DNA of 63,719 nucleotides, the filler included, from Octopus bimaculoides (Eukaryota): the NCBI RefSeq assembly GCF_001194135.2. It is 8 parts of 6 records of this genome, joined end to end, with 100 filler letters (N's around TTAATTAATTAA, not from the genome) between each part and the next. Parts side by side here need not be neighbours in the genome. Positions count along the whole stretch, not along the records: positions 46,242 to 55,496 come from NC_069002.1; positions 55,597 to 62,219 come from NC_068992.1; positions 62,320 to 63,719 come from NC_068986.1; 5 more parts are not named here. One strand, given 5' to 3'. The translations under genes were made by a program, and so were the position numbers. The notes beneath the pieces are model-generated. The model saw only the letters and a program-made list of their open reading frames with translations, searched no databases and was not told where the DNA came from. This document shows positions 49,729-62,575 of this stretch, piece after piece (positions within the stretch are counted from its first letter, which is position 1; every line of letters begins with the position of its first letter).

Positions 49729-50917
49729 CAGTGGTGTCTTAATATGTATTCATAACGTGTAGCATAAAATCGATTTTTAAAAATATTCTTCTTATCACTC
49801 GTCTGTTACTAATATCTTTCGTACATTATTTATACATATTAATAGACACAATTTCATTTAATTATTAATTTCTATTTAGAACGGATAACAATCAAATTTA
49901 ACTAAGTTTGCGTGTGCAAAATTATTAATCACAATTTGCTTAGTAACTACTCACGGAGCGTTTATTATCAATAATTATATTTAATCTATTTGTATAACTA
50001 GAAACTAACTTTAAAATTTTAGTTTCAATTTATGTCCATTCTTTATACGCAAATTATCTCTAAAACGTTCAGATTTGGGGGGCATCTTTTCTGAATCTGA
50101 GCTTTGAACTGGCACCAAAGATTTTCAATTGGATTCAAGTTCGATAATAGAAATGGTCGTTGCAAAATATCGATATCCTCTTACCCAAGCCAGGCATTTC
50201 GATGTATGCTTTGAATCATTATTGCTAATTTCCACGTATGTTGAAAGTTCTAATTATCACCAAACCCCAACTCTTCTGCTGGCACTCGAAGATTCTCGTC
50301 TAATATTTTGACGTAATCTTCTTTTTCATCCGGTCTTTGATGACAACTACTCATTCGGGGTCACCTGCTGAAAAACACCCCCCAAAACATTAGCTTTGCA
50401 CTGCCATACTTCACTGTAGAGATATTGATTTTTACATCAAAACAGGTTTCTGCCAAACAGTAGCCTTCTTGTTGTCGCCATAAAATTCGATTTTGGTCTC
50501 GTAGATCACAGACCTTTCGACCAAAACTGAACAGGTTTGTTTAACATGCTTTTTTATATAGTTTAGTCGAGTTTTAACGTGGCAGAGCCTGAGCAAGGGG
50601 GTGGGGATTCTCACAGTGGATCCCAGATGTCCACGATGCTCTCTTTGTGGTTGATGATGAAACTTTTATACCCAGCTGTCCAATCTGCTCGCTGACCACT
50701 TTGTCCAAGGTTTACACCCAATCTGATTTACCAGTCTTTGCATGAAATCCTCTGAAAGCTTTTCTTTTCTTCCGCTCCTTTTCTATTTGTCACTCAATCG
50801 TAGGCTCGATATCTTTCGATATTTTGAATAGTCGGTACAGAAAATCGTCTAGAACTCCCAATGCATCCGTCGCCAGGCATGCGTACTTCTACAATTTTCC
50901 TTCTAAGGTGACAACTT
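49729..50917 (-). mobile_element. Tc1-like DNA transposon remnant with degenerate transposase
   Basis: TA|CAGTGG terminus at 49729. Minus-strand peptides ETKIEFYG...VWQK, VKYGSAKLMFWG and NNDSKHTSK match Tc1 DDE motifs. Confidence 0.75.
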
Positions 50918-50930
50918 ATTACATTTACGT

Positions 50931-51312
50931 GGAGGCGCAATGACCCAGTGGTTAGGGCAGCAGACTCGCGGTTGTAGGATCGCGGTTTCGATTCCCAGAC
51001 CGGGCGTTGTGTGTGTTTACTGAGCGAAAACACCTAAAATTTCGCAAGGCACCGGCAAGGGATGGTGGCGAACCCTGCTGTACTCTTTCACTACAACTTT
51101 CTCTCTGTCTTTCTTCCTGTTTCTGTTCTACCTGCATATAAAAAGGGATCAGCCATGTCACACTCTGTGTCACGCTGAATCTCCCCGTTAACTACGTTAA
51201 GGGTACACATGTCTGTGGAGTGCTCAGCCACTTGCAGGTTAACTTCACGAGCAAGCAGTTCGGTTGATCGGATCGACTGGAACCCTCGTCATCGTAACCG
51301 ACGGAGTGCCAC
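50931..51312 (+). mobile_element. SINE family C with target-site duplication
   Basis: Matches the 26253 copy. ATTACATTTA at 50918-50927 and 51313-51322. Confidence 0.85.
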
Positions 51313-51350
51313 ATTACATTTATGTATGTGTGTTTGTGCGCGCGTGTATA

Positions 51351-52167
51351 CAGTGATGTTAATAAGTATTCATAACGTGTAGCATAAAATCGATTTTTAA
51401 AGATATTCTTCTTACCACTTGTCGGTTTGTAATATCTTTTGTATATTATTTATGCATATTCCTATTTTTACCGTTCCTTTTTCAATTTGTCACACAACCG
51501 TAGACTCGGAATCTTTTAATAATTGATTGAATAATCGGTAAAGAAAATTGTCTAGAACTGCCAGTGTATCCGTCGCCAGACATCCGAACTTCTACAATTT
51601 TCTTTCTAAGGTCACTACTCATCTATTTCCGGTTCGGCGTTTTTTATTTATGAATAAAATCGACAGGAAACAATGTCGACAATATTGCCACGTGTACACT
51701 AACATTTCGGTTTCACTAATAATTATTATTTCAATTTTTTTCCACATGAGCAGCTTAGGGGAGGTGGAGATGAGTCGATTACATCGACCTCAGTGTACAG
51801 CTGGTACTTATTTTATCGGCCCCCGCGAAATGATGAAATGTAGAAATCGACCTCGGTGGAATTTGAACTCAGAAATACCGCTTAGCATTTCGTCCGGCGC
51901 GTTAACCATTCTGCCAGCTCACCGCCCGTTTTTTTACTAGTAATTAACAAGAATTTCAATGTTTTTTTTAATTTTTAATAGATTATTTATCGTTTTAAAT
52001 AACCTTTTAAGGAAAAAAGTTATTAAAATGTTATAGATAATTTTTAATTTCATTATTTTTCATTGTTAGTCGTTCTAAAGTTAATTGATAATTAGATATA
52101 AACCAATTAATAATAAGAAGCATATTTAAAAAGAACAATTCTATTTTAGAGATTATGAATACCACTG
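51351..52167 (-). mobile_element. Internally deleted copy of the same Tc1 family, both termini present
   Basis: TA|CAGTG at 51351 and CACTG|TA ending at 52167. 51351-51460 repeats 49729-49840; 51470-51630 repeats 50770-50915. Confidence 0.7.
51745..51927 (-). mobile_element. SINE family A nested in the Tc1 remnant
   Basis: Reverse complement of the family A head and centre. Confidence 0.75.
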
Positions 52168-52381
52168 TATATATATATATATNNNNNNNNNNNNNNNNNN
52201 NNNNNNNNNNNNNNNNNNNNNNNNNNNNNNNNNNNNNNNNNNNNNNNNNNNNNNNNNNNNNNNNNNNNNNNNNNNNNNNNNNNNNNNNNNNNNNNNNNNN
52301 NNNNNNNNNNNNNNNNNNNNNNNNNNNNNNNNNNNNNNNNNNNNNNNNNNNNNNNNNNNNNNNNNNNNNNNNNNNNNNNNN

Positions 52382-52432
<51 letters not shown>

Positions 52433-52821
52433 AGAAAAAGATCTACAATATTTTAGAAGTAGATAATGGTAAATTTTGGAAGATTTTTGGCCTCAGTCAG
52501 TCTTTTAATAACTCCATATTTCTTCTACACTTTAACAAAGAAAATAATGAAGCAATGAAAAAGAAAACCTGCTTTTGGTTTAGATTTAGATCACAAATAT
52601 GCAATTAAATATCGAATGTAATGACGTCATTGAAATTAAATCACATTTGTTATTTATATTCTTTATTCTTTAATGAATATGTGGACAATATTTTATTTTC
52701 TTTCTAAATTTTTAATCTATATGTGTGTGTTCGTGTGTGTATATAAAGACACACGCACACACATCCACACACACACACTCATTGTAAGACGTCCAGACCT
52801 TGAAATGCAGAACTTCCTGCA

Positions 52822-52925
52822 ATGCGCCCAATTACGAACAAAACGCCATTATGAACAATGCGCTAATTACGAAAAATGCGCCATTATGAACATTGCGCCA
52901 TTATGAACATTGCGCCATTATGAAA
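52822..52925. repeat. 16-bp minisatellite (GCGCCATTATGAACAT)n
   Basis: About six copies, more homogeneous toward the 3' side. Confidence 0.8.
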
Positions 52926-53239
52926 CGCTTGGTGTCAGGGATGACTCGATTACAACACGCTTACAATGCAAAGGGCTCTCTCCACTCAGCTCCTATTAGA
53001 ATGGCACCTACAAGTGACACTATTTACAATGAATATATTTGAAGTTAAGGGTTTTGCAGTCCACGAAGCCATCACCACCGCTGTCACCAGAAAACCAGAA
53101 TTTCTAAATCGTTTAATCCACTATATGAGTATCAGGGTCTGAATTGTCATTATGTCACCTTGTTTTACATAATGTGCTCCTCGCCATGGTACTCACTATT
53201 ATTCTCTCTTTCTACCTCTCTTTCTCTCCCGATACATAC

Positions 53240-53305
53240 ATATACTCTTTACTCTTTTACTCTTTTACTTGTTTCAGTCATTTGACTGCGGCCATGCTGG
53301 AGCAT
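53240..53305 (-). mobile_element. SINE family B 3' end
   Basis: (CTCTTTTA)n-CTTGTTTCAGTCATTTGACTGCGGCCATGCTGGAGCA. Confidence 0.7.
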
Positions 53306-53781
53306 ACAGGCATACGCGCACGCAGGCATACGCGCGCTTGTACCGTTGTATAAATAGTGCCTTCCGTGACAACACGTCTGGCCATTGGGAAAATATGCGT
53401 GGGGGGAGCATGTTTACATCCAAAAGAACCTAATGGACAAAGTTGATGAATAAGAACCTGGCTCTTGGATATTGGTGGGGGTCCCTGAGGTACGAAATAT
53501 CGATCTCTAATTCGATAGTCCGACATACACGTTTAGAATGAAGACATTGAATCGAAAACATATTTGGTTGCTTCCAAGTTTATATTTTATGTAATTAAAC
53601 TTCAAAGGAAGTACTTGTTTGGTTTTCTCTCATATCTAAGAAATATATCGAAACAGCTAACTGAATAACCTGTACTCGATCTTCTCCAGCGTATTCTAAT
53701 TACATCTCTATAATTGTTTGAAATGGATACAACCTATCCCGCTCTCGTTCTCCTTCTTCCCTTCTCTCTCTCTCTGTCTCG

Positions 53782-53847
<66 letters not shown>

Positions 53848-55044
53848 AATTCTTACCCTTTCACACTCTTTCTGCCTCAGGGGTGCGAAGATGCTTCATA
53901 TGAAGAGCTGTATACAACATCATATCTTTTACACTTTCAAGTGCCGAAGTGCCATATTCAAAATATATATATATGTATGTATGTATGTGTGCATCTACGT
54001 ATGTATGTGTGCATCTACGTATGTATGTATGTATGTATGTATGTATGTATGTATGTATGCGTGTCTGCGCGTGTGTGGGCTGGCGAATAGAAATATCAGC
54101 CTAGAAATTTCACTCGCCCCCGTTTCCAACTTCACGCAGAATTCACACACGCGTCTGCACGCGCGCACACACACACACACACNNNNNNNNNNNNNNNNNN
54201 NNNNNNNNNNNNNNNNNNNNNNNNNNNNNNNNNNNNNNNNNNNNNNNNNNNNNNNNNNNNNNNNNNNNNNNNNNNNNNNNNNNNNNNNNNNNNNNNNNNN
54301 NNNNNNNNNNNNNNNNNNNNNNNNNNNNNNNNNNNNNNNNNNNNNNNNNNNNNNNNNNNNNNATATATATATATATATATATATATATACTACATAAGGG
54401 AGAAATTTTGTATGTGTGTGTGTGTGTAGAGTTGTTAGCTAACTCTTCCTACATCGTTTTTCGAGCTTTGATGAAACGTAACACGTTAGTAGAACTCATG
54501 TCTGGAAACCCTATGGAATACTCAGATTGTTACAAAAATCGATAATAGGGACCCTGGAAGGGATCCTTATATATATATATATATAGCCAGGGGAAATAAC
54601 TTATTCATTTTCCTAAATTATTTGGTAAAATGAAATTGTGTGTGCTTATTTCTTAGTATTTGAACTGTTAGAGTTATTTTTGCAATTTATCCAGTAGAAC
54701 CCTTAAACAACTAAATAGTATTTTCCTAAACAATAAATCCACTTATTTCGGTTAGTGACTTATTCACAAATATAGGAAGACTAGCGTCTCTGAGGGTAAT
54801 ATTTTCTGAGAACTCATATAAGCCCTTCTCAGAGTTATTTACTTCGAATTATTGTCTCATAACTGATTAGCCTGTTATTATGCAACAAGCTTCCCGATTT
54901 TAGTATACATACCTTATTAGTATTTCCCCCTATATTCTATATACTCTGGGAACGCATTAAAGCCCTTTTCGGGGCTACTATATTTCAATTCTTATTATCG
55001 CGTAACTAATTTCATGTTGTTACATAACTGACTTCACAATGCTA

Positions 55045-55250
55045 CAAAGCATTTTGTCCGGCGTGCTAACAATTCTGCCAGCTCACCGTATTTGATAATC
55101 GTTTTAAATTTTGTTACGAGGCTAGTAGATTTATGGGCGGAGTAAATCGATTACATTGATCACAATATTCACTTAGCACGTATTTTATCGATCCCTTAAG
55201 CATGAAAGGCAAATATGATCGATACACGATTTGAACTCGGAACTTAAAGC
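55045..55250 (-). mobile_element. Degenerate SINE family A pieces
   Basis: GTCCGGCGTGCTAACAATTCTGCCAGCTCACCG and TTTTATCGA...GAAAGGCAAA...TTTGAACTC. Confidence 0.6.
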
Positions 55251-55837
55251 CAAAAGAAATCCCACCAGCGCGCCGTCTTTTTCATGGTTTCAGTTTTTTG
55301 CACACGGTCAGCAATTTTGAAAGGAGGCTATTAGTTGATATCTTCAACTCGAGTAATGTCACTGGTATCGCATTTTATCGAACCGGGGGTGATAAAAAAT
55401 GCAACGTTGGCGCACGTGCAATTCGACCTCAGAATGTAATGATTTGGAATAAATAACGTTAGACACTCGAACGATCCAAGCAGCTATTGAAGGATTNNNN
55501 NNNNNNNNNNNNNNNNNNNNNNNNNNNNNNNNNNNNNNNNTTAATTAATTAANNNNNNNNNNNNNNNNNNNNNNNNNNNNNNNNNNNNNNNNNNNNTTAT
55601 CAGCACGGCCGCCACCGGCAAAACCACCACTGCAACCATCACCACCACCACCACCACCACCACCACCACGATCATTATTTCCCACCACCACTAGAAGTAA
55701 TTTTTTTTAATATACTCCTCTCTGAGGCTGCTATAGTGAATTGAGTTCTGACACAAATATTTTCACCTTTTTTAAAATTTTCTTTCCAAGTGGCCGACAT
55801 ATTTATTGCATCTGTTCAGCATTTCTTCAAACAAAGG

Positions 55838-56020
55838 CGGCTAGCAAGCAGAATCGGTAGCATGCTGGGGCAAATGCTTAGCAGCATTTCGTCAATCTTC
55901 GTGTTCTGAGTTCAAATTCCACCGATGTCGACTTTACCTTTCATCCTTTCAAATTTGATAAAATAAGTACCAGTCGAGCACTGGGGTTGATGTAATCGAC
56001 TTATGCCCTCTCTCAAAATT
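55838..56020 (+). mobile_element. SINE family A
   Basis: Family A head, B box and central block. Confidence 0.7.
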
Positions 56021-56029
56021 TCTGTCGTT

Positions 56030-56216
56030 ACTCTTTTTACTCTTATACTCTTCTACTTGTTTTCAGACATTTGACTGCGGCCCTACTGGAGCACCGCCTT
56101 TTAGTCGAGCTAATCGACCCCAGGGTTTATTCTTTGCAAGCCTAGTACTTATTCTATCGGTTTCTTTTGCCGATTGTCAAGCGATGGTGGGAGGACAAAC
56201 ACACACACACACACAA

Positions 56217-56255
<39 letters not shown>

Positions 56256-56420
56256 AATGATGGGATCCTTTCAGTTTCCGTCTACCAAATTCACTCACAA
56301 GGCTTTGGTCGGCCCGAGGTTATAGTAGAAGACACTTGCCCAAGGTGCCACACAGTGGGACTGAACTCGGAACCATGTGGTTGGGAAGCAAGCTTCTTAC
56401 CACACAGTCAATCCTGTGCC
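56030..56420 (-). mobile_element. SINE family B, internally deleted
   Basis: Matches the 38310 copy. Confidence 0.8.
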
Positions 56421-56504
56421 TAGATTTGAAATTAATATTTCTTCGTTCAATCGTTATGAGTACAAGAGTTTAATTTTTTTTATCTTTCTTTCCTTTACAA
56501 GACA

Positions 56505-56715
56505 GCGAATTGGCAGAATGGTTAGTCCATTGGTTAAAACGCTTCACAGCATCTCTTCCGGCTTAAGATGAGTCAATGTGGACCTTGTCGAGGTCCACAT
56601 TAACTCTCATATTTTCCGAGTCGGTAAAATAAGAATTAGTTGAACATCGGGATCTATATAATCGACTAGCTTCTTTCTCTAAAATTGCTGGCCCTGTGCC
56701 TAAATTTGAAACTAT
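56505..56715 (+). mobile_element. Degenerate SINE family A
   Basis: AATTGGCAGAATGGTTAG...GTCGGTAAAATAAG...AATCGACT...GGCCCTGTGCC. Confidence 0.55.
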
Positions 56716-56930
56716 TCTTTTACTCGTTTCAGACGGCTGATTGCGACCGTGTTAGGGCACCACCTTTTAGGGATAAGCGGAGTAAAACGTCCCCAATACT
56801 TAATATAAAAGAAAAATCTTGTACTTATTGTAGAGTTACTTTTGCAGAAGCGTTAAGCTATGAGGATGAAAACAAACCAACACCGGTTGTCAATCAAATG
56901 ATTGAATCACAAACACAAAGCTACCCACGC

Positions 56931-57020
<90 letters not shown>

Positions 57021-57270
57021 TATATATATATTTATATATATATATATACAGTATATATATATATACACAGGATGGACCAGAAGTCACGAGGAGATTTCAA
57101 TATTTAAAAACTTTGTGTGCGTGTGTGTCTACGTATATATGTCATTTAATAGATGGAATATTATTTTGTTTATCTTACCATAAGGGAAAAGTAAACTCTT
57201 TGTGTGTGTGTGTGTAAACATGTATTTGTATACACACCGTATGTATACACGGTGTGTATACATATATATG

Positions 57271-57306
<36 letters not shown>

Positions 57307-57745
57307 ATGCACACAACGAGAATTTTGTCCCATTTATAAAGTACATCATGATTAACAAACAATAAGCCAGTTTGGATAATTCTCAACTTCGTTTCTGCTT
57401 CAGACTTGCTGTGATTTTAATAAGGAAAAATAATAAAAATAACAAAAACTGAGGCAGTTGTCAGATTAGGAACCAAGACAGGAATCGGCTGGTCTGGAGA
57501 ATAGCCACAGTTACCAGTAACTACTCTTTGTATATGTGTGTGTATGTTTGTATATGTGTATGTATGTGTGTACATATACGCAGATATATACTCATATATG
57601 TATGCATTCTATGTACAAACATATACGAACGCACACACGCACGCACGCACATAAACTCACACACATATAGAGAGAGAGTGTGAGAAAGAGGAGACTGAGA
57701 AATAGATATAGATATATACGTATGCATTATATCAATGTATACATT

Positions 57746-57799
<54 letters not shown>

Positions 57800-57842
57800 C
57801 TATATAATCATGTACAAACATATCTCTCCCCGTCTCTCTTTG

Positions 57843-57873
<31 letters not shown>

Positions 57874-57919
57874 TTGTGTGATATGTATATTATATATATA
57901 CATGGCTATTTTATGTGTC

Positions 57920-57958
<39 letters not shown>

Positions 57959-58429
57959 NNNNNNNNNNNNNNNNNNNNNNNNNNNNNNNNNNNNNNNNNN
58001 NNNNNNNNNNNNNNNNNNNNNNNNNNNNNNNNNNNNNNNNNNNNNNNNNNNNNNNNNNNNNNNNNNNNNNNNNNNNNNNNNNNNNNNNNNNNNNNNNNNN
58101 NNNNNNNNNNNNNNNNNNNNNNNNNNNNNNNNNNNNNNNNNNNNNNNNNNNNNNNNNNNNNNNNNNNNNNNNNNNNNNNNNNNNNNNNNNNNNNNNNNNN
58201 NNNNNNNNNNNNNNNNNNNNNNNNNNNNNNNNNNNNNNNNNNNNNNNNNNNNNNNNNNNNNNNNNNNNNNNNNNNNNNNNNNNNNNNNNNNNNNNNNNNN
58301 NNNNNNNNNNNNNNNNNNNNNNNNNNNNNNNNNNNNNNNNNNNNNNNNNNNNNNNNNNNNNNNNNNNNNNNNNNNNNNNNNNNNNNNNNNNNNNNNNNNN
58401 NNNNNNNNNNNNNNNNNNNNNNNNNNNNT

Positions 58430-58674
58430 TTACTTTTACTCTATGTGTGCTTATATGTATCTATTCTTTTATTCTTTTACTTACTTCCGTCGTTTAACTG
58501 CGGCCATGCTGGAGCACCGCCTTAAACGGTTTTAGTCGAAGAAATCGACCCCAAGACTTGTTCTTTGTAAGCTTCGTACTTATTCTATCGGTCACTTATG
58601 CCGAATCGCTAGATTACGGGGGCATAAACACACCAACATTAGTTGTCAAGCGATGGCAGGGGTACAAACACACG

Positions 58675-58715
<41 letters not shown>
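58430..58715 (-). mobile_element. SINE family B 3' half
   Basis: GCGGCCATGCTGGAGCACCGCC...TTGTCAAGCGATGG. Confidence 0.8.
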
Positions 58716-58718
<3 letters not shown>

Positions 58719-58732
58719 CGTGTATATTGATA

Positions 58733-58960
58733 TCTATTATATAAAAGTCAATGTCTTTATGCGTGTTCGTCTGTTACTTATACATTCGAAAACTACTGCA
58801 CCGATCCTAAAGAAATTTGGAACGCAAAATCCAAGCCTACGGAGAAGGGTAATGCTGTGTGTTTCATACAATTTCATGGACCAAAATTACTGAATGGATC
58901 CTTATGATATTTGGAACTTAGATTCAATGTATAAGGGCAGTTATAATGCAGTATGTTTGC
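58733..58960 (+). mobile_element. Helitron-like non-autonomous element 5' part
   Basis: A|TCTATTATATAAAAG start followed by AAAACTACTGCACCGAT...AAATTTGG, a block typical of short Helitron/Helentron-type elements. 3' end not found. Confidence 0.4.
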
Positions 58961-59249
58961 TTTTAATTTGAGATGGCTTAAAGGGGGCAGAACCCCCATG
59001 AAAATTCATACATTTTCGATGTTGATGAAATTTCAACTATGGGTAACTGATACACATCAAGAAGTATTCTCAAAGTTTCCACTTCTCATGAGGGGGTCTT
59101 AGAATAGAATAAGTACGAAGCTTACAAAGAACAAGTCTTGGCGTCGATTTCTTCAATAAACTATAGATTCAATTGCTATAGATCCATAATGCATCTTTTT
59201 TTGTTTCACCTAAATTTAAGTGAAAACTAGTGACACACCAATAAAGGCT

Positions 59250-59420
59250 AAACAAGAAATGGCAGTTAAACTCATCCTGCCAACCAATAGTCTTCCATCA
59301 ATTCACATACAAATCAATAATGACGATTTAAATTATGTAACATTTTTCCTTGAGCGGGTCATATAATTAATGGAAATATTCCCTTTGATGACAAAATCAT
59401 AAGTTTCTCAAAAGCAGTGA
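59250..59420 (+). mobile_element. Very decayed RTE RT remnant
   Basis: IQINNDDLNYV and GHIINGNIPFDDKIISFSKA resemble I.ING..L..V..F.YLGS.I....DEI..RI.KA. Confidence 0.35.
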
Positions 59421-59819
59421 AGGCAAGTGGCCTAGTGGTTAGGGGTGTTTGACGCACAGTTATTCAGTCATGGGTCCAAGTCCTGACCACGTATTGTATT
59501 CTTCAGTTTTATTTTATTTTACTCTTCTAAATTCAGCTGGAGATTGGTACCTGGGAATGAATCCTGCTACGGATTAGAGTCCCATTCAAATATAAGTATT
59601 GCACTGTCAGCCTACACACTTTGAAAATCTCTGTAAGCTCCACTGGCTCGGGGACAGGGGTGTAAACACATTCCCTAAAGTATTTTTTGCGGTATGAGGG
59701 GGCAATGATTATGCTTTGATGCTTTGAACAACTTACTGAAAATTTTCACCGTCAAAACATTACTTTTCCTTTATTGGATTTATCTGCTTTGAATCACATG
59801 CAAAATATAGTAATTTTTA

Positions 59820-60245
59820 CTATAAGCACACGGCTTGAAATTGGGAATTGCCAATTACAGTAGCTCCAGTAGTCAATTGGTATGCTATTTTATAGATCCC
59901 AAAATGATGAAAGGCAAAGTCAACTCCAGCGGAATTTGAATTCAGAATGTAAAGACTGACGAAGTGCTGTAAAGCATTTTGTCCCAACATGCTAACGGTT
60001 CTGCCAGCTTAATGCCTCATGTACAAAATTAATAATCCTTCCGACTATAAGCACAAAGCCCGAAATATTGAACCAAGAGAATAATCAATTACTTCCATGC
60101 CAGTACTCAACTGGTATTTATTTCATTGACCCCGAAAGGATGAAAGGCAAAGACAATCTCAGCAGAATTTGAACTTAGAACATAGAGACAGATGAAATGC
60201 CGCTAAGCATTTTGTTCGGCATGCTAACGATTCTGTCAGGTCACT
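59820..60245 (-). mobile_element. Two head-to-tail SINE family A copies
   Basis: About 59820-60010 and 60045-60245, both with GAAAGGCAAAG...GAATTTGAA...GCTAACG.TTCTG. Confidence 0.75.
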
Positions 60246-60574
60246 GTCTTATGTACAAATATAATAACAATCATTATTATTATACCTGTGTTTGTTCTGA
60301 TATTAAGATTGCAAAAAGATCAACCTTGTTTGTAAAAAATTTTGTACCTGTGTTTGCATCCTGTAAGCAAATTCCCTTCCCGTACCTGTGGTAAGTTGCA
60401 GACTCATGAGTTTATTGTCTCAAAGCAGACTATCCTAAGCAATTGATTCTCTTTGGAAATTGCTGCCTTGTGTCTGCAATGAAAGACGTCTCACACTAAA
60501 AACAAAATATGTATCAAAATGTGATCAATTCTTTCAGATCTTAACAGTATGATACACAGAATTTGACTTTATTG

Positions 60575-60905
60575 GAAATTTCTGAGCTGTGTGGTTAGGA
60601 TGGTTGCTTTGCAACTACATAGATTTGAGTTCAATATCTTCTACTGTAGCCCAGGCCTTGTGAGTGAAAGAAAGAAACCTGTCATACATATGCATGTGTG
60701 TATCACTGTGTTTGTCCACCCACTGCTGCTTGACAACTGGGGTTGGTTTGTTTACCTCCCCACAACACAGCAGTTCAATAAAAGAGATTGATAGAATAAG
60801 TACCAGACTTATAAAATTAAACTCTGGGTTTATTTGTTCAATTAAATCCTTCAAGGCAAGTACCCCAGTATGGCCAATGTCCATTGACTGTAACAAATAA
60901 AAGAT
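60575..60905 (+). mobile_element. Decayed SINE family B
   Basis: GCTGTGTGGTTAGG...GCCTTGTGAGTG...GATAGAATAAGTACCAG...CCCCAGTATGGCC...ACAAATAAAAGA. Confidence 0.65.
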
Positions 60906-62357
60906 ATGAAATTTTCCATTCTAATTATGGGAGCCACGACTAATTATTTGAGAAAAAAATGTAAAATTACAAGCCATTAAAGATTGACGTAGTTTGTAAT
61001 TTTAGCCAATGATATCTGTTCATTCTCTGCACACCCTGACAATGTTATGAAAAGTGCCATGTTTTTTTATACATATGTTTTGACTTTCTAGATTACATTG
61101 TTACGAAAATACAAAGAAATTATGAATAAAAATGTTACAAAACCTTCAAAACATTTAAGGATTTTGTTAAATTTCAACCAACATCTTAAAGCATATCAAA
61201 TTTTCATCTGAATGTTTTCAAATTTTCTACACTGTTGTACTTTTGCATGCTGACAACGAAAATTGCACTCATTTTATTTTTCTAGAAATTAATAATGAAG
61301 AAGTTACAAGCGTTTAAAGTTATGTTATTCTAGCCAATCAAAAGCCTCCATTGCTGATATATCGGAAGTCGCCAAGAAGATCAGTACACAAGACAAATAC
61401 AAAACCATTACGTGGTCTCTCGACTTGCTAGAAATGGCAATCAAAACTTCTTTGAACTACACCATAACGTCTAGAAAGTGAAGTGTAGTTGGAGGTAGAC
61501 TGTTTCTGAAAACATGAGGAAATTGGTTTGACTGCCATTGATCACAAATCTACTTGATCAAGAACTGATTCTTCATTCATAATTAGAATACCAATGTATC
61601 GTAATGTCCTAAATTCACAGCCACACTAAATGTACCTCATATGCAGTTATAAATACATTGTATTATGTATAGAGATACTCTTAATCATAGAGCTAAGGTA
61701 ACTGCAAATAAATAACAAACATATACGCAATGTGTGTGAGTGTAGAACTTGTTAAATGTGTGTGTGTGTGTGTGTGTTTATGCTTACACTGGTGTGAAAA
61801 AAAAACATTTTCTTTAATTAAATTCTTTTTTAAAAACATTCAGGGTTCTGTAATTTTTGGTAATGGAAGTTTCCAAGTGGCTAAAATTACATAACTTTAA
61901 AGGCTTGTTACTTCTTTATTAATTTCTTAAAAAAAAAAAAGAAAAAAAAAAAGCAGATGAATGTGACTTTCTTCATAAGCTTGCAAAAGTACTTCAAGAC
62001 TACATTTTTTTGAAAATGTTCAAATGCAAATTTGAAATACTTCAAGTGTTTTGAAGAAATTTAACCAAAATATTTAATAAAGGAAAATTGAAGAAAAATA
62101 ACACTTTAGCATTTATAATGACATTTTGATGATTCACAATCCTAACTTTAATCCTCGCCCTAAATCCGAAACCTAAACCTTTAACCCTAATCTTAACCCC
62201 CAGATGGCTTCCATTTGTTNNNNNNNNNNNNNNNNNNNNNNNNNNNNNNNNNNNNNNNNNNNNTTAATTAATTAANNNNNNNNNNNNNNNNNNNNNNNNN
62301 NNNNNNNNNNNNNNNNNNNTATTATTATTATTATTATTATTATTATTATCATTATCA

Positions 62358-62575
62358 GGGTGGTGAGCTGGCAGAATCGTTAGCACGCTGGGCAAGATGC
62401 TTCACGGCGTTTCACCTGTCGCAACGTTCTGAGTTCAAATTATGCCAAGGTTAACTGTGCCTTTTATCCTTTCACAGTCAATAAATTAAGTACCAGTGAA
62501 ACACTGGAGTCGATGTAATCGACTAGTCCCCTCCCCCAAAATTTCAGGCCTTGTGTCTATAGTAGAAAGTATTAT
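62358..62575 (+). mobile_element. SINE family A (tail type 1) following an (ATT)n tract
   Basis: GGTGGTGAGCTGGCAGAATCGTTAG...GAGTTCAAAT...GGCCTTGTG..TAGTAGAAAG. Confidence 0.8.
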
